Source: Chrysomallon squamiferum (Eukaryota > Animalia > Mollusca). From it: DNA of 64,000 nucleotides. Both the position numbers and the translations under genes were made by a program. The stretch is from positions 17,422,001-17,486,000 of the forward strand of contig CM022678.1 in assembly GCA_012295275.1 (NCBI GenBank), written 5' to 3'. The notes beneath the pieces are model-generated. The model did not search any database, was not told the DNA's origin, and saw only the letters and a list, made by a program, of their open reading frames with translations. Shown here piece by piece: positions 1 through 13,852 of this stretch. The first letter of the stretch is position 1; each line of letters begins with the position of its first letter.

Positions 1-250
1 TATACTTGTTTTATATGTGAATTATAGAAAGATATATAAATGTTAAAATATACAGCTATTTTATATATGAATTATTGAAATAAATCTAAATTTCATAATA
101 TACATGTTTTTGTGTGTTTATGTGTGTATCTGTGTGTGTGTATGTGTGCATGCGTATCTGTGTATCTATGTCTGTTTGTGTTTCTATTTGGAAACAAATA
201 TTCTGTTGTTTTTAGGGTTTTTTTTGTATGTCTGATTAGACTGCATACAG

Positions 251-363
251 ACAAAACCCTGGCACAGGAAGATGAAGTGAAATCTCCACCCCACAGAACT
301 CAGATTCCTCTGATGAGATTAGAGGACGTGGCACATATTAACCTGCCCTCTGTTGGCAGATGA
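251..363 (+). CDS. Putative terminal coding exon of an unidentified gene entering from the left edge (DKTLAQEDEVKSPPHRTQIPLMRLEDVAHINLPSVGR*)
   Basis: Branch-like TCTGAT followed by CAG| acceptor at 250; open frame to TGA 361-363; homologous copy at 1949-2004 differs mostly at synonymous third positions in this frame. Confidence 0.4.
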
Positions 364-1348
364 CAATACCACTGAACTAGAGAAAAAAAACTAAATAGTT
401 GATGGTAAACATCACTTCCTATTTAGTCCTTATTAATGATTTTACTAATTGTGAATAAACAGTGGCTTTAAATTAGACTCAGCCCATTTAGGCGTTTTGC
501 GTCATTCAGTAAATTATACATCATTTTGAGATTCTGATTTTATCTAGAGACATGAAATCATCAACAATGTCTGAATATTGAGCACTGATTGGAACGAGAT
601 ATAAATAATTATAATCAGAATGGAGGAAGAAACATAAAATATTCAGTTTAATCTTGTATAATACTGATGGTTTGTTAAAAATGGTTTATGGTTGAAATAA
701 TAAAAAAAAGAAAAAAAAGATGATGATCAAAATAATGATGAAGATGATGATGATGATAATAAAAATAATAAAAATAAAAATAAAAATAATAATCACAACA
801 GCAACAGCAACAACAATAATAATAAAATGTACTTTGCTAAAAACATTTTTAATTTGTACCTAATTGACAAAATATTTTTGTCAATAAATTTAATTATTTT
901 AATGTTTGTCTTTTATTTTTCTGTTGCTTATTTCATTTTATTTTTCTTAAATGTACACATCTCTACTGAACATTATATAATACTACTGATTTGCCAGAAA
1001 TTTTACACTAATAAAAAAACACACAAGTAGTGATATCCAATAAAAAGTATTTTTATCTGTTGAACGTGAAAACACACAGTAAACAATTTTATCCATTATT
1101 TTAGCTTTGCACAAATTTTCTCCATTATTTTGTGAGGATGTGGGAGAGTTGTTGCCCCTTTTCCCCTGAGGGTCATTTACTTGTTTACTCATGACTGAGC
1201 CTTGATTTGGAAAAACAGAAAATCCACATAACATGGATCATCTGTACTGTGAACTTGTGAGATAAATGCACTGATGTCTTGTATAGTTATAGACACACTT
1301 TTTCTTTTATTTGTTTATTTATTTACTTATTTTGTTATTTTGTTATAC

Positions 1349-1396
<48 letters not shown>

Positions 1397-1948
1397 AAAA
1401 AATGTTATCACATTTATTTTCAATAAAAATCACTGAAAAGAAAACCAATTTCAGTTTTCTAAACAGACATACAAGCTTATTTTGTCCACATATTCAGAAA
1501 TTTGTTATCATTTATCGTTTGAAATTAATGCTTTTTTTCTTAAACGATTAAACGAAGGTTATAAAGTGAGGGTCGAATGATTCACTAAGTACGTCTAATG
1601 ACTAAGAAAACATCTGATATCAGACTGCACAGCTGACTGATGTTAGTCACTTTTCAGAGTGGACGTTCATTTATACCCTAGCGATATTGTGCACACATAA
1701 ATGCATGCATGTGTGACTGTCAGCATTTGTCATTGATTTATTAGGTATGAGTGTATGTGTACATTTATTGTGTATATGTTCATGTATATATAATGTATGT
1801 ATGTATGTAACATGCATGCATGCGTGTGTGTGTGTGTGTATGTGTATTAAGTGTATGTTGTATGTTCTTGTCTATGTGCATGTTGTATGTGTGTGTGTGT
1901 GTGCGTGTGCATTTTAGGAATTACTGTCTGATTAAACTCTGCACATAG

Positions 1949-2010
1949 ACATTAATCAGAACTCACTGGCAAAGGAGGACAAAGTCCAATCAGCACCTCA
2001 CAGACATATG
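1949..2010 (+). CDS. Paralogous copy of the 251-363 exon (DINQNSLAKEDKVQSAPHRH); 3' end uncertain
   Basis: Same TCTGATT..TAG|AC phase-1 acceptor context; peptide LAKEDKVQSAPHR versus LAQEDEVKSPPHR. Confidence 0.35.
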
Positions 2011-2668
2011 TATATTTGTATATTTGTATCTGTGTTTTTGGAATATGAATAGTCTGTTGTCTATGTACGTATGTGTGAATGAATAAATGTCTGTATGTGA
2101 GTAGGTGTGTGTACATAATGCACATACATGAGTATACCTGTATAAAAACAGTGATAATTTTTTATACGTTAAAAAAAGAAAATATATATATGTATATATA
2201 TATAAATGCATGGTTGAGTTAACATAAAACAAAATCTACAGGTGTCCAGTGATGTGTGAAGCACTTCATTGTTTTAAATCAGTTGTTGCTGTCGCTAGTT
2301 TTTTTATCATGTTACAGAAATACGAATTCAGTTTTAACACAGCACATAGCAGACATTGTGGCCTCGTCTTTCAGTATATGTGAATGGATGTATATAATCA
2401 TTTATCTTTTGTGTGTGTGCGTGAAAATGAAAACATTTCTGATGAAATTAAATTTCATGTATTTCTTTGTTTTGCAGATTTTTTGTTGAAAATAGTTTAT
2501 TAACTGTTAATAAATAAATAAATAAATAAATAAAATAAAATAAAATAAAATAAAATAAAATAAAATAAAATAAAATAAAATAAAATCTGTTAATTATGAT
2601 ACACATGCTGTAAAAGTTATAATGACACAAGGCTTGCTGTTTTGAAAATAAAATTAGAGCAGTTCTGT

Positions 2669-2735
2669 GTTTGTGGTCTGGTGGTTAGAATGCACTACTG
2701 ATATCTTGTTAGTCATAAGATCAATTCTCCACAAT
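2669..2735 (+). mobile_element. Possible degenerate tRNA-derived SINE head
   Basis: A-box-like TGGTCTGGTGG and B-box-like GATCAATTC at tRNA-like spacing; no intact cloverleaf. Confidence 0.25.
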
Positions 2736-3160
2736 TTGCTGGTTGAGGTATTTTCCATTTAACTGAATGACTCAACAATTAGTTAACAAATATTAATTTA
2801 TTATAATAATGCTAACACATCGTCACGTTTATTTCTATTTATAATGTGTGTGTGTGTGTGTGTGTAATCTAGTGAAAGACACACTGAATGTGTGTGTATA
2901 TATATATATATAATCTTTGTCTATGTATGTGTATGTGTGTCTGTGTCTGTCTGTCTGTCTGTATATCTAAATATATATACATTTAAACGCATACACACTC
3001 ATATATCATTTTCAGTAGATTATGTAATTTTTATATTTCTGATTCATTTTAATATTTATCATCTCCTTGATATAAATATCAATGAAATGAATAAATCAAA
3101 AATAATGTTTTTCTTTTTGTTTCTTTTTAATATATATATATAATTATATATATGTGTGTG

Positions 3161-3162
<2 letters not shown>

Positions 3163-3228
<66 letters not shown>
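3163..3228. repeat. (GA)n microsatellite
   Basis: Direct observation. Confidence 0.95.
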
Positions 3229-3232
<4 letters not shown>

Positions 3233-3539
3233 AAAATGAAAGATATGTTACTATCCCTTAAATAAATTTAAAAAAAGAAAAAAAGGGTAAATACTTCACA
3301 GTTTATTTTATAAAATATCTCTCTCTGTATCATTTTAACATTCAGTAATTTAAATTTAACTTCCAATTCTGTGCATGCTATAAAAACGGAAAACGTGCTC
3401 AAACTATAGCACATCATTATTAAATATTATCGATCCTGTTACGGTGCGTATATAAATATATTCTGCATCCAACCTCGGAGTCGTGCACCTGTTTTGTTTA
3501 TTAATTTATTCTGCAGAACTGAAATAAAGCACAGTAATT

Positions 3540-3900
3540 TAAAACAAAATCCTTACCTGCGAACTTTTTCGTTTTTTCTCCATCGTTGATACTAAGTAAT
3601 CACGCTTTGCTTCGTGTGTGTAACAGTTTACTTGTGTTGATTTTTTTTTTTTTATCTTTTTTTTTGTTTTCTTTCTTTCTCAGTGATTATCGCGATAGAG
3701 GCAGCTGCATGCGTCTGCTTTGTTTACAACGCCAACCAATCAGAACGCAGCAAACGAATCGGGAAATAGAACGATATCGATGATTCGTGCGACGTAATAA
3801 AAGCTAATTCGCGTTCTATTTATAGATCGGATTTTATCGTACATACTACAGGTATAGGTAATTCCCAGCGTACGGGTATTTTACGTGCGTTCTGAATGCA
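3540..3900. promoter_or_regulatory. CpG-enriched, possibly bidirectional promoter; candidate EXOC3 5'UTR exon
   Basis: Local CpG enrichment in an AT-rich background, CCAAT at 3736-3740, plus-strand donors near 3852/3858 and a minus-strand donor (plus CTTACCTG near 3552-3559). Confidence 0.35.
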
Positions 3901-5831
3901 ATTACTAACCAGGCAATAAAAACAGATGTGGTTGGTTTATTTAGACCAAAGTTCGGCATGATTATTAATGTATTAAAGGCTTCTATTCCTGATTATTTTT
4001 TGTTTTCGAAACTGAATATCTGTTATTTATTTATTTATATTTGGTAGTAAATAATAAATGATTAATTTACATGTATCTGATTTCCAAATTATTTCAGTAG
4101 TCATTTCTGGTTAATCTTTACCTGTGTGGACAGACACGGTGAAATTACCGTAATCACATTTTCTGTTCTTGTAGATGATTTTTAAACAATTTTACTTTCA
4201 TAACGTATCTTCTCAGTAATAAAAATTACAATCAATATCACGAGCTCGTGAAAATGTAACTAATAAATATTGTCTGCCTTGTTTTGTCAAAATGTATTAT
4301 TTCAAACATCAAACAGGTAAAAATCCTCAACAGACTGAGCCTACAGATTAGTTCTCCAAGCTGTGGAAAATATCAATATACGTATATACTTAATCGCAAA
4401 ACCATATAGATATATATTTGTGTTTGTGTCTGTTAGTCTTGACATTTAATTAGATAAAATTATGAGACATGTATGTGAAGAGATATTTAATTTTTTCATT
4501 AATTCATACCATCTCTTTCTGTCTCTGTCTCTGTCTCTCTTTCTCTCTCTCTCACATTCAAGTACATTGCATCGTTATTAGTATTATTAGTAGTCTTATG
4601 CACATTTTAATTTATACAGATTATATTAAAATAACGACATATATTTAGCCCAAAGAACGCATGGTATATACACCCTGGCTTTGTCAGAGCGCGTGACTGT
4701 CACAGACGTTCTTCACAACAGCTTGCTCTGATTAGCACCCTCATTTTTCACTCACTCACTGAATCGTGAACTGTTACACAATGCTATGACGTCACTCTAT
4801 TGTTAAACATTATGACGTTATCCCCCGTCTGCGAATAAACGCTACGATTTAATATATTTCAATCGAAAGAAACTGTAAATATTATAAAAATAGTTTTGTG
4901 CACATTGAAATGTCTACCTACAACAGAAAGATAAGTTAAAATGTGTGTCTTCAATAGACAGGTCAGACGGAAGTTGTATAAATAAACAGATTAACGTTCT
5001 CTAAAACAGACATATAAGATGAAAAATGTATACGAATAATTTTTTAAAAGTTATTATTATTTTTATATTTTTGTATTATTTTTTTCAAATTTGTATATAT
5101 GTATATGTATATATAAGCCATTCTAGATTGTTCCAGATTACACTTCAGAGTATCTACTTCAACTTTTTCTTTTCTTTAAGAATTCAGATTAGCATTTGTG
5201 GGAATTATTATTTTTTTATATTATGTTAAAGCTCTTTTCAGCTACTTGTTGCTGTTGTTGATTTATGCAAAACAATTTTTTTCTTTTCTTTTTATGATAT
5301 ATATTTATTATGTGGTAAATATTTATAGAGTCTAGGTTTATATAGCGTAGGTTCATTCTGTTTTTCATCAGAATTATACACATACAGTTAAGAAAGTGAT
5401 TTTCATTTGTTGCTAACTGAAACCCTTAAGTTTCAGTGTCTCGAATTCAAATGACCGTGTAGACGGCTGTCAAGCTATAACAGACCAAACAAACGACGTC
5501 ACACAATGGCTAGAATTATTTCCGGTTTATGTCATTTTGTGAAATATAAATTCTTAACAATTCCAATTATCTCATTTTCAAATTTTTCAAGTATTTCATG
5601 TATATTTAATTTATAAGCTCAGTTCAATAATATAAATAATGTTATATTCATGTTAGTTATAAAAAGGGTCTAAAATATGGATGTTATTATTATTTTTTTT
5701 TTTAACTTCATAATTTCGTCATGCAAATAAAAATAATTGCAACCCATTGTATCCAGTTTGTATTTCTTTATTTCTTTATTTATTATCTTCATCAATATTA
5801 TACGTTTTGATATTTTTTTTGTGTGTGTGTG

Positions 5832-5873
<42 letters not shown>

Positions 5874-6651
5874 TTGTTTTTTTTTTTCTTCTTTATTTAT
5901 TTTTGCATAATATTTCAGCTGTAGTAGTTCACAGTAAAAATTATTTTGCGGATGTAGGAATTTATGTAATATGAACACAGACGATGGGTGTGTCGGATAA
6001 TTCCATCTAACGACTTTTGTCCAGTGCAATGCGTCCATGCGCGTGTCAATATAATTCATTAATTGTGAAAATAAACATGGAACAATAACCTGTGTATAGT
6101 AAATAAAAACATTACAGCATAAAATTATCACCTACACTCAGAATAATAAGTGTATCTAAAAATAAAATTTTACACTGCATAAAGGCAATCAAGTAAAATA
6201 AAATAATATGTTTCTTATCATCTCCGCCTTCATCAAAACAAAAATACATTTTCCGAAGCGACTATTAGTCTCAACTGATATTGTCATTATTGCTCCGCTT
6301 TAACTAAAATAATGTCTACGGGGAACCGGTCTACGAAGATGTCTGCTTTACTGAATAGTGGGTGTATTTAATTTGGTAATCAAAACCTGATTTATTATAC
6401 ATGCATATGCTAAATATTTTTTGAATAGTGCAGAATCCAGTAATTACTTTTTGTGAAGTTATTTATTCTTAAACAGAATATATCTGAATATCGCCTGACC
6501 TTAATATTACAAAGCGTTCTGATTTATCCATTCCTTCCCAAATTTTTGACATAAATGATAAATTTGCTAATTTATAACTTACGATATAAATTTGTCGTTA
6601 TATGATTTGTTTTACTATTATAATAAATATATATATATATTTTCATATTAA

Positions 6652-6691
<40 letters not shown>

Positions 6692-6916
6692 TATTATTAT
6701 TGTTATTATTTCTAATATTAACATAAATGGCATAATAAATTTCATTGATTTTTTACTTATTAAAAATATTTTTCTTCCACATTTATCACATTACATTAAA
6801 ATTCAAATTCATGACAACTATAGCACAATTTTGATCGTTATATCAGAAACAAATAAAGAGTAACAACTATGTTTCTATGTTTTTCAGTTCTATGTAAACC
6901 AGGACTCTCAGCTGTC

Positions 6917-9900
6917 ATGGATGACCCACCCCAGGGTCCTGCACCCGCCCCACTTGATTTAGGCAGGCTTGAAGTGGAAGCCAGAACAGCAGCTGCTAAA
7001 CATGTGGCAAACTTGCTTCAGGTGGATAATAAGTTTGATTAATATTCTCTGTATGTTTAGAAAACCAAACTTAGTTACTGCAGTTATTACAGAATAAATG
7101 AGCATTTGTCAAACTTTGCAGACTGTAGATCTCATAGGGAATTTGCCTGATTAGTGACTGGACTCTGGATCAATCCTTCCCAGTGGTAATTTTGGGCTTT
7201 TTCCCATTCAAGCTAGTACTCTGTCACTGGTTTATTACAGCCTGCTATTGTATTTTCTTTCATTTAATAAATTGCATGTAAAATTTCCCTTGCTGTTAAA
7301 AGGTTAGTAGTGTTGGCTATGCAGGTTTTCTCTCTAGTATTATCAATACAGAGTTTGTTGCTTAAAATCAAATAACCATTAATCATAGTATTTGTTGAAA
7401 TATTTTCATAGCTGAAACAAATTAACAAAAAACTGATATTTTTCTTCCTAATATTATCGACAAACAGAATTCACTGTTTAAAAATCAAGTAACCATTTTC
7501 ATACCTAAAAGTGACCATTTAAATAATCAACATAAATGAATGTGTTTGAAGTTAACAAAGTAAATGCAGACTGTTTAAAAGTAAGTAGACTGTTTAGTAG
7601 ACTCTTACAATAAGCAACAATCACCTACACACATACACCAATAATATTTAGACTGATTACTAACATCACAGACTTGACTTGCATAAATAAAGAATGAATT
7701 AAAAACTGGATCTACTCAAAATATATTTATATTAACTTAGTAAGCTGCAGATGTAAGATATATTATATTCCATATACATTGATATCATACATCAATAACA
7801 GATTTATAATAGACATTCATATCAAATGTATTACATACATTATAATTATGATTCCAGCGACCGGAACAACTTGAGAAAATTGATCAGTACAAACGTCGCG
7901 TTGTCAGGAAGAAGGCTTCAGTGGAAGCCATGTTGAAAACAGCCGTCCAATCACAGCTTGATGGAGTGCGAACTGGTTTGAACCAGCTGCAGAGTGCTCT
8001 GCAGGATGTGTACGACATCAAACAGAGGTAACTACAGCATCAACTACAGCTACAGTAACAACAAAAAAAGTTAAAAAATTAAATATTATTATAAAACTTA
8101 GTAGAACAGCACTTTATTAGTATGGATAGATGTAACAGAGTATTTTTTTTAAGTTTGAATGATGATAATCATCATCATAATCATCAGTATTATCATTATT
8201 ATTATCATCATTACTATTACTATTACTATAATTATTGTTGTTGTTGTTGTTACTAATATTACCATTATTATTATTATCACTCTAAAAATATTTTATTATT
8301 ATTACTACTAATTATTGTTGTTGTTGTTATTTTTATTATAAAACTGTAAAGAGTAAGTAAAATATGTAATTTTTCCAGCTTGGATGCTGTTGAAGAAAAT
8401 TACAAAATGCTGCAGCCTCTGCACACCAAACTTGTTGATCTGAGGAAAGAAAACACAAAATATTGTCAAGTAAATTATTTCTTTATCTTTACATGTTAAT
8501 GAGCAATGTACTGTTTTTATATGTCTGTAAAATTCTAAATAGTTGTTTTATTGTATTGTATTTATTTATTTATTTATTTGTTTTGTTTTGTTTTGTTTTG
8601 TTTTGTTTTGTTTTATTTATTTTTATTTTATTTTATTTTTTTTTTTTTATTTTATTTTATTTTATTTTATTTTATTTTTTTTTTTTATTTTATTTTATTT
8701 TATTTTGTTTTGTTTTGTTTTATTTTATTTTATTTTATTTTATTTTATTTTATTTTATTTTTGTTTACTTATTGTTAATGTATACTTCAGATGTTATGAA
8801 CAAACAATCTAAATATTTTCTGCACAACTTCAAAATTCTTTTAGTTGGGTTTCTTTTGCTGTCCAGTCTTAATTAATGTTTTTGCTGACAATTAACAAAG
8901 AAATATAATCACAAAACAGGTTATATAATCATAATGATGTTTCATCTCTGCAGTCAGCTCTAAGCCAGTATTTTTCAGTGTACCAGGATTTTTCATTTTC
9001 TTTCAATCCCAAATCACCCCAGTTCTCATTTGTTTTAAATTATATCTACACAAATAAACACTGCACTCTGAACATCCATTCCTTGCATATGACTTCCAGC
9101 TGAGAATCACTGATCTTGACAGTGTTAGGGTTAATATTGTACATAATTAGATACTAGAAATAGCTCAGTACTCTTTCCTTTTTCTTTCTATAACTTCCAG
9201 ACAGTGCTTGAATGCTGTACCTATACCTTTGTGCTGTAAATTTAAATATTTAACAGGTAAGTCATGATAATGAAAGGTGAAAATATAACAGTAAATATAT
9301 GTTTTATTTATTTACAGCTTGAAGCAGCATGTGAAAATCTCAGACATATTTTTACTGTTCCAGAAAGTGTCTCCAGAACCCGTAATCTGATAACAGAAGG
9401 AAAACTCCTCCAGGCTCACAAACAGTAAGTTAGGCTAAGAACATTTAAATATTTGTTTAAGGTAAATGTATTCAAGGGTTAATGTTTGTTGAATTTTGTT
9501 AATAAATAAATTAATAGAGTGTGTTAAGATGAATTATAGCAAATTTACTGTTGCTGAATCCATGTTAGTTCTTCTCTTGTAGTTAATTTATATCATTTTA
9601 AAAGAAAAAGTGAACAAAACAAACAAAACAAAAGAAAAATAAAGGCAATGAAATATAAATAAATAAATAAAAAAGTAATAATAAAACTGTGTCTGAGACC
9701 TTTTCATTTGTTTGTTTATTTATTTATTTATTTATTTATTTATTTTTCAAGTTTGACAGATCTTGAAATTTCAAGAGATGAACTGCTTCTGGAATTACAT
9801 AAACAAACCAACCAAAGTCCTACAGACAGGAATGTAAGTATTCACTTCAACAAAGTAAAATAAAACTCACATCTAGCAACTGTGTTTAACACAACTCATC

Positions 9901-12338
9901 TGATGTATTTTAAATACTTCAAAGTAATTCTTTCATTTGTTCATTCATAAACTCTACTTTGTTATTATTAACATTTTTTTTTTTTTTTTTTATGAAGTTT
10001 TAACAAAGATTTTTGAAATTGTTAATATTTTCATATTTTCATTTTTTTTCTCATATTTTTTTTATTATTATTATTATTATTTTTTTTTTTCAGACTTTGA
10101 ATCAGTATTTTGCTGATGTAGAGAAGCTGTCTGAAGATCTGGGGAAACAACTCTGGATAATTCTTCACCGAACTCTTATATCTGTAAGGAGAGAACCTAA
10201 ACTGATAGTGACAGCTCTCCGCATCATAGAGAGAGAGGAAAGGTCTTTATACGATGAAAACATTTTTACTTCTTCAGTACCTTTAATGATTTTGAATTTT
10301 CTCGTTCCAACAGTCCCCACTTCATTGATCACAATATTTTCTGTTATAACAGAATCTCCAGTACATAGTGTATGATATTTTCACTGGTCCAGTAAAATTT
10401 CTGGATATCACTACAATAAAAAATATACAGTATAAAATAAATCTCTGACAAAATGATCATGCTGTCCTATATAGTTAGAAATTTGAACAACAGCCTTCCT
10501 GTTTTGCTTATTATTTTAGTCAGTTGCAGGAATGTAAGTATCTGTAAAAAAAATATAATACATGAAATAAAACTGTTGTTTATTGTCATAAACTGATCTG
10601 TTTCTGAGATTCAGAACAGTATAATTATTGTCTGGTTTTTAATTTTCAGAATGGATAAAGCTTACGAGAAGAGAAATGAACAGTCTGGATTTCTGCCTCC
10701 TGGTCGACCCAAACGCTGGAGAAAAAAATGTTTTCAAGTGCTTAGAGAGTGCATAGAAGGGAGGTAATTAAATGACAAACCTAGGAAAATGTATTTTTTT
10801 AAACTGGTTTGAAATTAAATTTGTGAAAATTTTATAAAATAACGAGAGAATTAATGGTAGAGCATTGTGTGAACACTAATATTTACCACTTTGAAATTGA
10901 ATTAAGAGTAAAAAAATTATTTTAAAACTGGGTTTTTATTGGAAATTTTCAAAGAATTAGTGTTGAAGATTTTAATTTTTCATTTCAAATTATTTTTAGA
11001 ATTGAAGGCACACAGTTGGAAGACAGAAGCAGTAACAAAATGTGGCTAGTCAGACATCTTGAAATTCTTCGTCAACTTATGATCGAGGATCTGAAGGTTG
11101 TCAAGGTAACATATAATATATTCATAATTTTTCTTTCCCAGTTTAACTTGGTTTGTTTCCCTGTTTGGAATATGTCACTAGGTAAATAAATATATTACAC
11201 ATTTTTATCACTGAATTATGCATTTGTTTGTTTTAATATTTGTAAATGGTTTTGAAAAATATATTTTCATTTTGAAAATAAATAAAGATACTGAATCTCG
11301 TAATTTGTGTTGAATATTGCAGTCGCCATGGTAATAACATACCCCTTCTTTTCCTAGATCAGCCACTGGAATTACACTGACTTATTGACATAATTTTATT
11401 AAGTAAATGACAAATCTGTGGCCCTTTAACAGTAAAACAGAAAATCGTGGTTTTTAACTGTTTAATTTATTTATGGTGTTTTCTTTGTAGACGTTGCTGC
11501 CACCAGTTTGTCCTCCTGAATACGACATCGTCAACTCCTACACCAAGATGTACCACGAGGCTCTGTCGCAGCATGTAAGTAGTATAAATGTTCTCTAAGT
11601 TGTATCAAAATCTGTGTGTATGTGTCTGTTTGCGTGTGTGTGTGTGTTTGGACATAATTACTTTGCATGCCAACTTTCACCAGTCTCACAGTTTTGTTGC
11701 TTGTTATGTATTCGTCTTTGTTTGATACACTTCTCTTTTTTTCATGCTGGGGTGTTGTTTAAACGTTCATTGATTCAATTTTCTTCCACTTCAGCTCTGT
11801 GAGTTGATTAATCAGAACCTGGAAGGAAACGAGATTGTCACCATCCTGCAGTGGATCCATGCTTATGAGTGAGTAGACTTTGATGAGTAATTTTCTGTCA
11901 GTAGACTTTTTATTGGTAGACATTGGTCAGTGATGAGACATAACATTTTTCTGTAAAAGTAGTCTTGTTAAATTTCTGTAAGCAGATTGCGTGTTCACTT
12001 CTGTGAGCAGATTTCTGTAATGTGTGTTCATTTCTGAAAGTAGTTTTATGAGTAGATACATATAAATAGACTTCTACTGATAGATTTCTATGAATCTTTA
12101 TTTACTTACTTATTTACCTACTTACATACTTAATTATTTATTTGATATTTTTTTGATTTTTTGATTTTTTTTTGATTTTTTTTTTATTTTATTTTATTTT
12201 ATTTTATTTTATTTTATTTTATTTTATTTTATTTTATTTTATTTTATTTACATTATTTATTTATTTATATATATATTTTTTTATTTATTTTTTTATTTAT
12301 TTTTTTATTTATTTATTTGTTTGTTTATTTATGTTATT

Positions 12339-12373
<35 letters not shown>

Positions 12374-12711
12374 CTCCCCAGAGCTGTTAAAACATCCAGA
12401 TTTAAACATCGACTCTGAACATCTGGGACCTTTACTGAAAGATGACTACCTGAATGACTTGCAGAATTTGTGAGTTTAATTTTAAATAACAGTTTAGTTT
12501 GTGTGAAATGTGACTGAACAGTGAGATACTGGCACAAACAGACATTCAGTGAATTATTTCTATCCTGAAAACAAAAACATTATCTGACAAAGCAGAGAAA
12601 TATCTTGTGGTTTAAAGAAATTAAGAGACCATGTTTGTTGAAAAATAATAATTTATTTGTAATGATTTTCTTTGTTCCTGAGTTCAGGAGATGTGTTTAA
12701 ATAAATGTATA

Positions 12712-12765
<54 letters not shown>

Positions 12766-13821
12766 TTGTGTCAGTGTCTTGTTGTCAGTATGTGTGTGAG
12801 CTAAATCTCATTTCAGCCATCACTTTTTAAAACATCCATATCAGAGGCTTTGTGAATATTTTAGTTTCAACTCAAATTAAATTGAACTCTCCTTTTTATT
12901 TTACTTATCATTATTTTTAAGGTTTTACAAATTTTAAAAAATAATATATACTATGAACATTATGAAGACTTGTATTTATGAAATGTCTGATGTTTTGTTT
13001 TACAACTTTTAAAAATAATTATAAATATAACAAAAATTTGTGTTTGTGTTTTATGTTTTATGTTTGGTGTTTAATTACAGGTATTTGAAGAACATGAGAC
13101 AGAACATTGCAGACTGGTCAAAGAATTCACTCAGGTCTGATCAGAAGGTAAGAATATTTTTACCTGTACTTTTAATGATAAATTCAGAACAGTGTTAAAA
13201 ATGTTATCTGTATATTTAAAAATAAACATTTGAAGCAAAATTTAAAATTTAATTAATGTTCAAAAATGTTATGAGAATAAATAAATAAATAAATAAATAA
13301 AAATGAGTAAATAAATAAATAAATAAAAGTTAGTAAATGAATAAATAAATAAAGGATTTAAATAAATAAATAAAAAGATTGATGTTTCAGCTGAAATGGA
13401 TATATGGATAAATCATCATCATCATCATTACTAGTATCACCATCACCACCACTACTACAATCATCATTATCATTATTATTGTTACTATTATTATTATTAT
13501 TATTATTATTATTATCATTATTGTTGTGGTTGTTACTGTATTAGTATTATTGTTATCATTATTATTATGTTGTTATTATTATTGATTATTGTTGTTATTA
13601 TTATTATTATTATTGTTGTTGTTATTATTGTTATTGTTGTTATTGTTATTTATTGTTATTATATATTAATTACTGTTGTTGTTGTTATTGTTGATTATTA
13701 TTGTTGTTGTTGTTATTGTTATTGATATTGTTGTTTTGTTGTTGTTGTTATTGTTTATTGTTGTTATTGTTATTGTTATTATTATTGTTATTGTTGTTGT
13801 TGTTGTTGTTGTTATTATTGT

Positions 13822-13852
<31 letters not shown>

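Noticed and set aside
300-600. Possible C/D-box snoRNAs (TGATGA...CTGA on either strand)
   Set aside because: Boxes are short and common; I could not identify a terminal stem or an rRNA/snRNA antisense element.
4640-4860. CpG-rich segment possibly a MITE
   Set aside because: No convincing TIR or TSD could be delimited.
8463-8876. Long hydrophobic ORFs (FILFY repeats) here and at 12172, 18245, 31477 and 40921
   Set aside because: Translations of (TTTTA)n and (ATT)n intronic microsatellites; only the embedded exon fragments are real.
10243-10250. Weak donor GTCTTT in EXOC3 considered as U12-type
   Set aside because: Does not match RTATCCTTT and no U12 branch site is evident; treated as a weak U2 donor.
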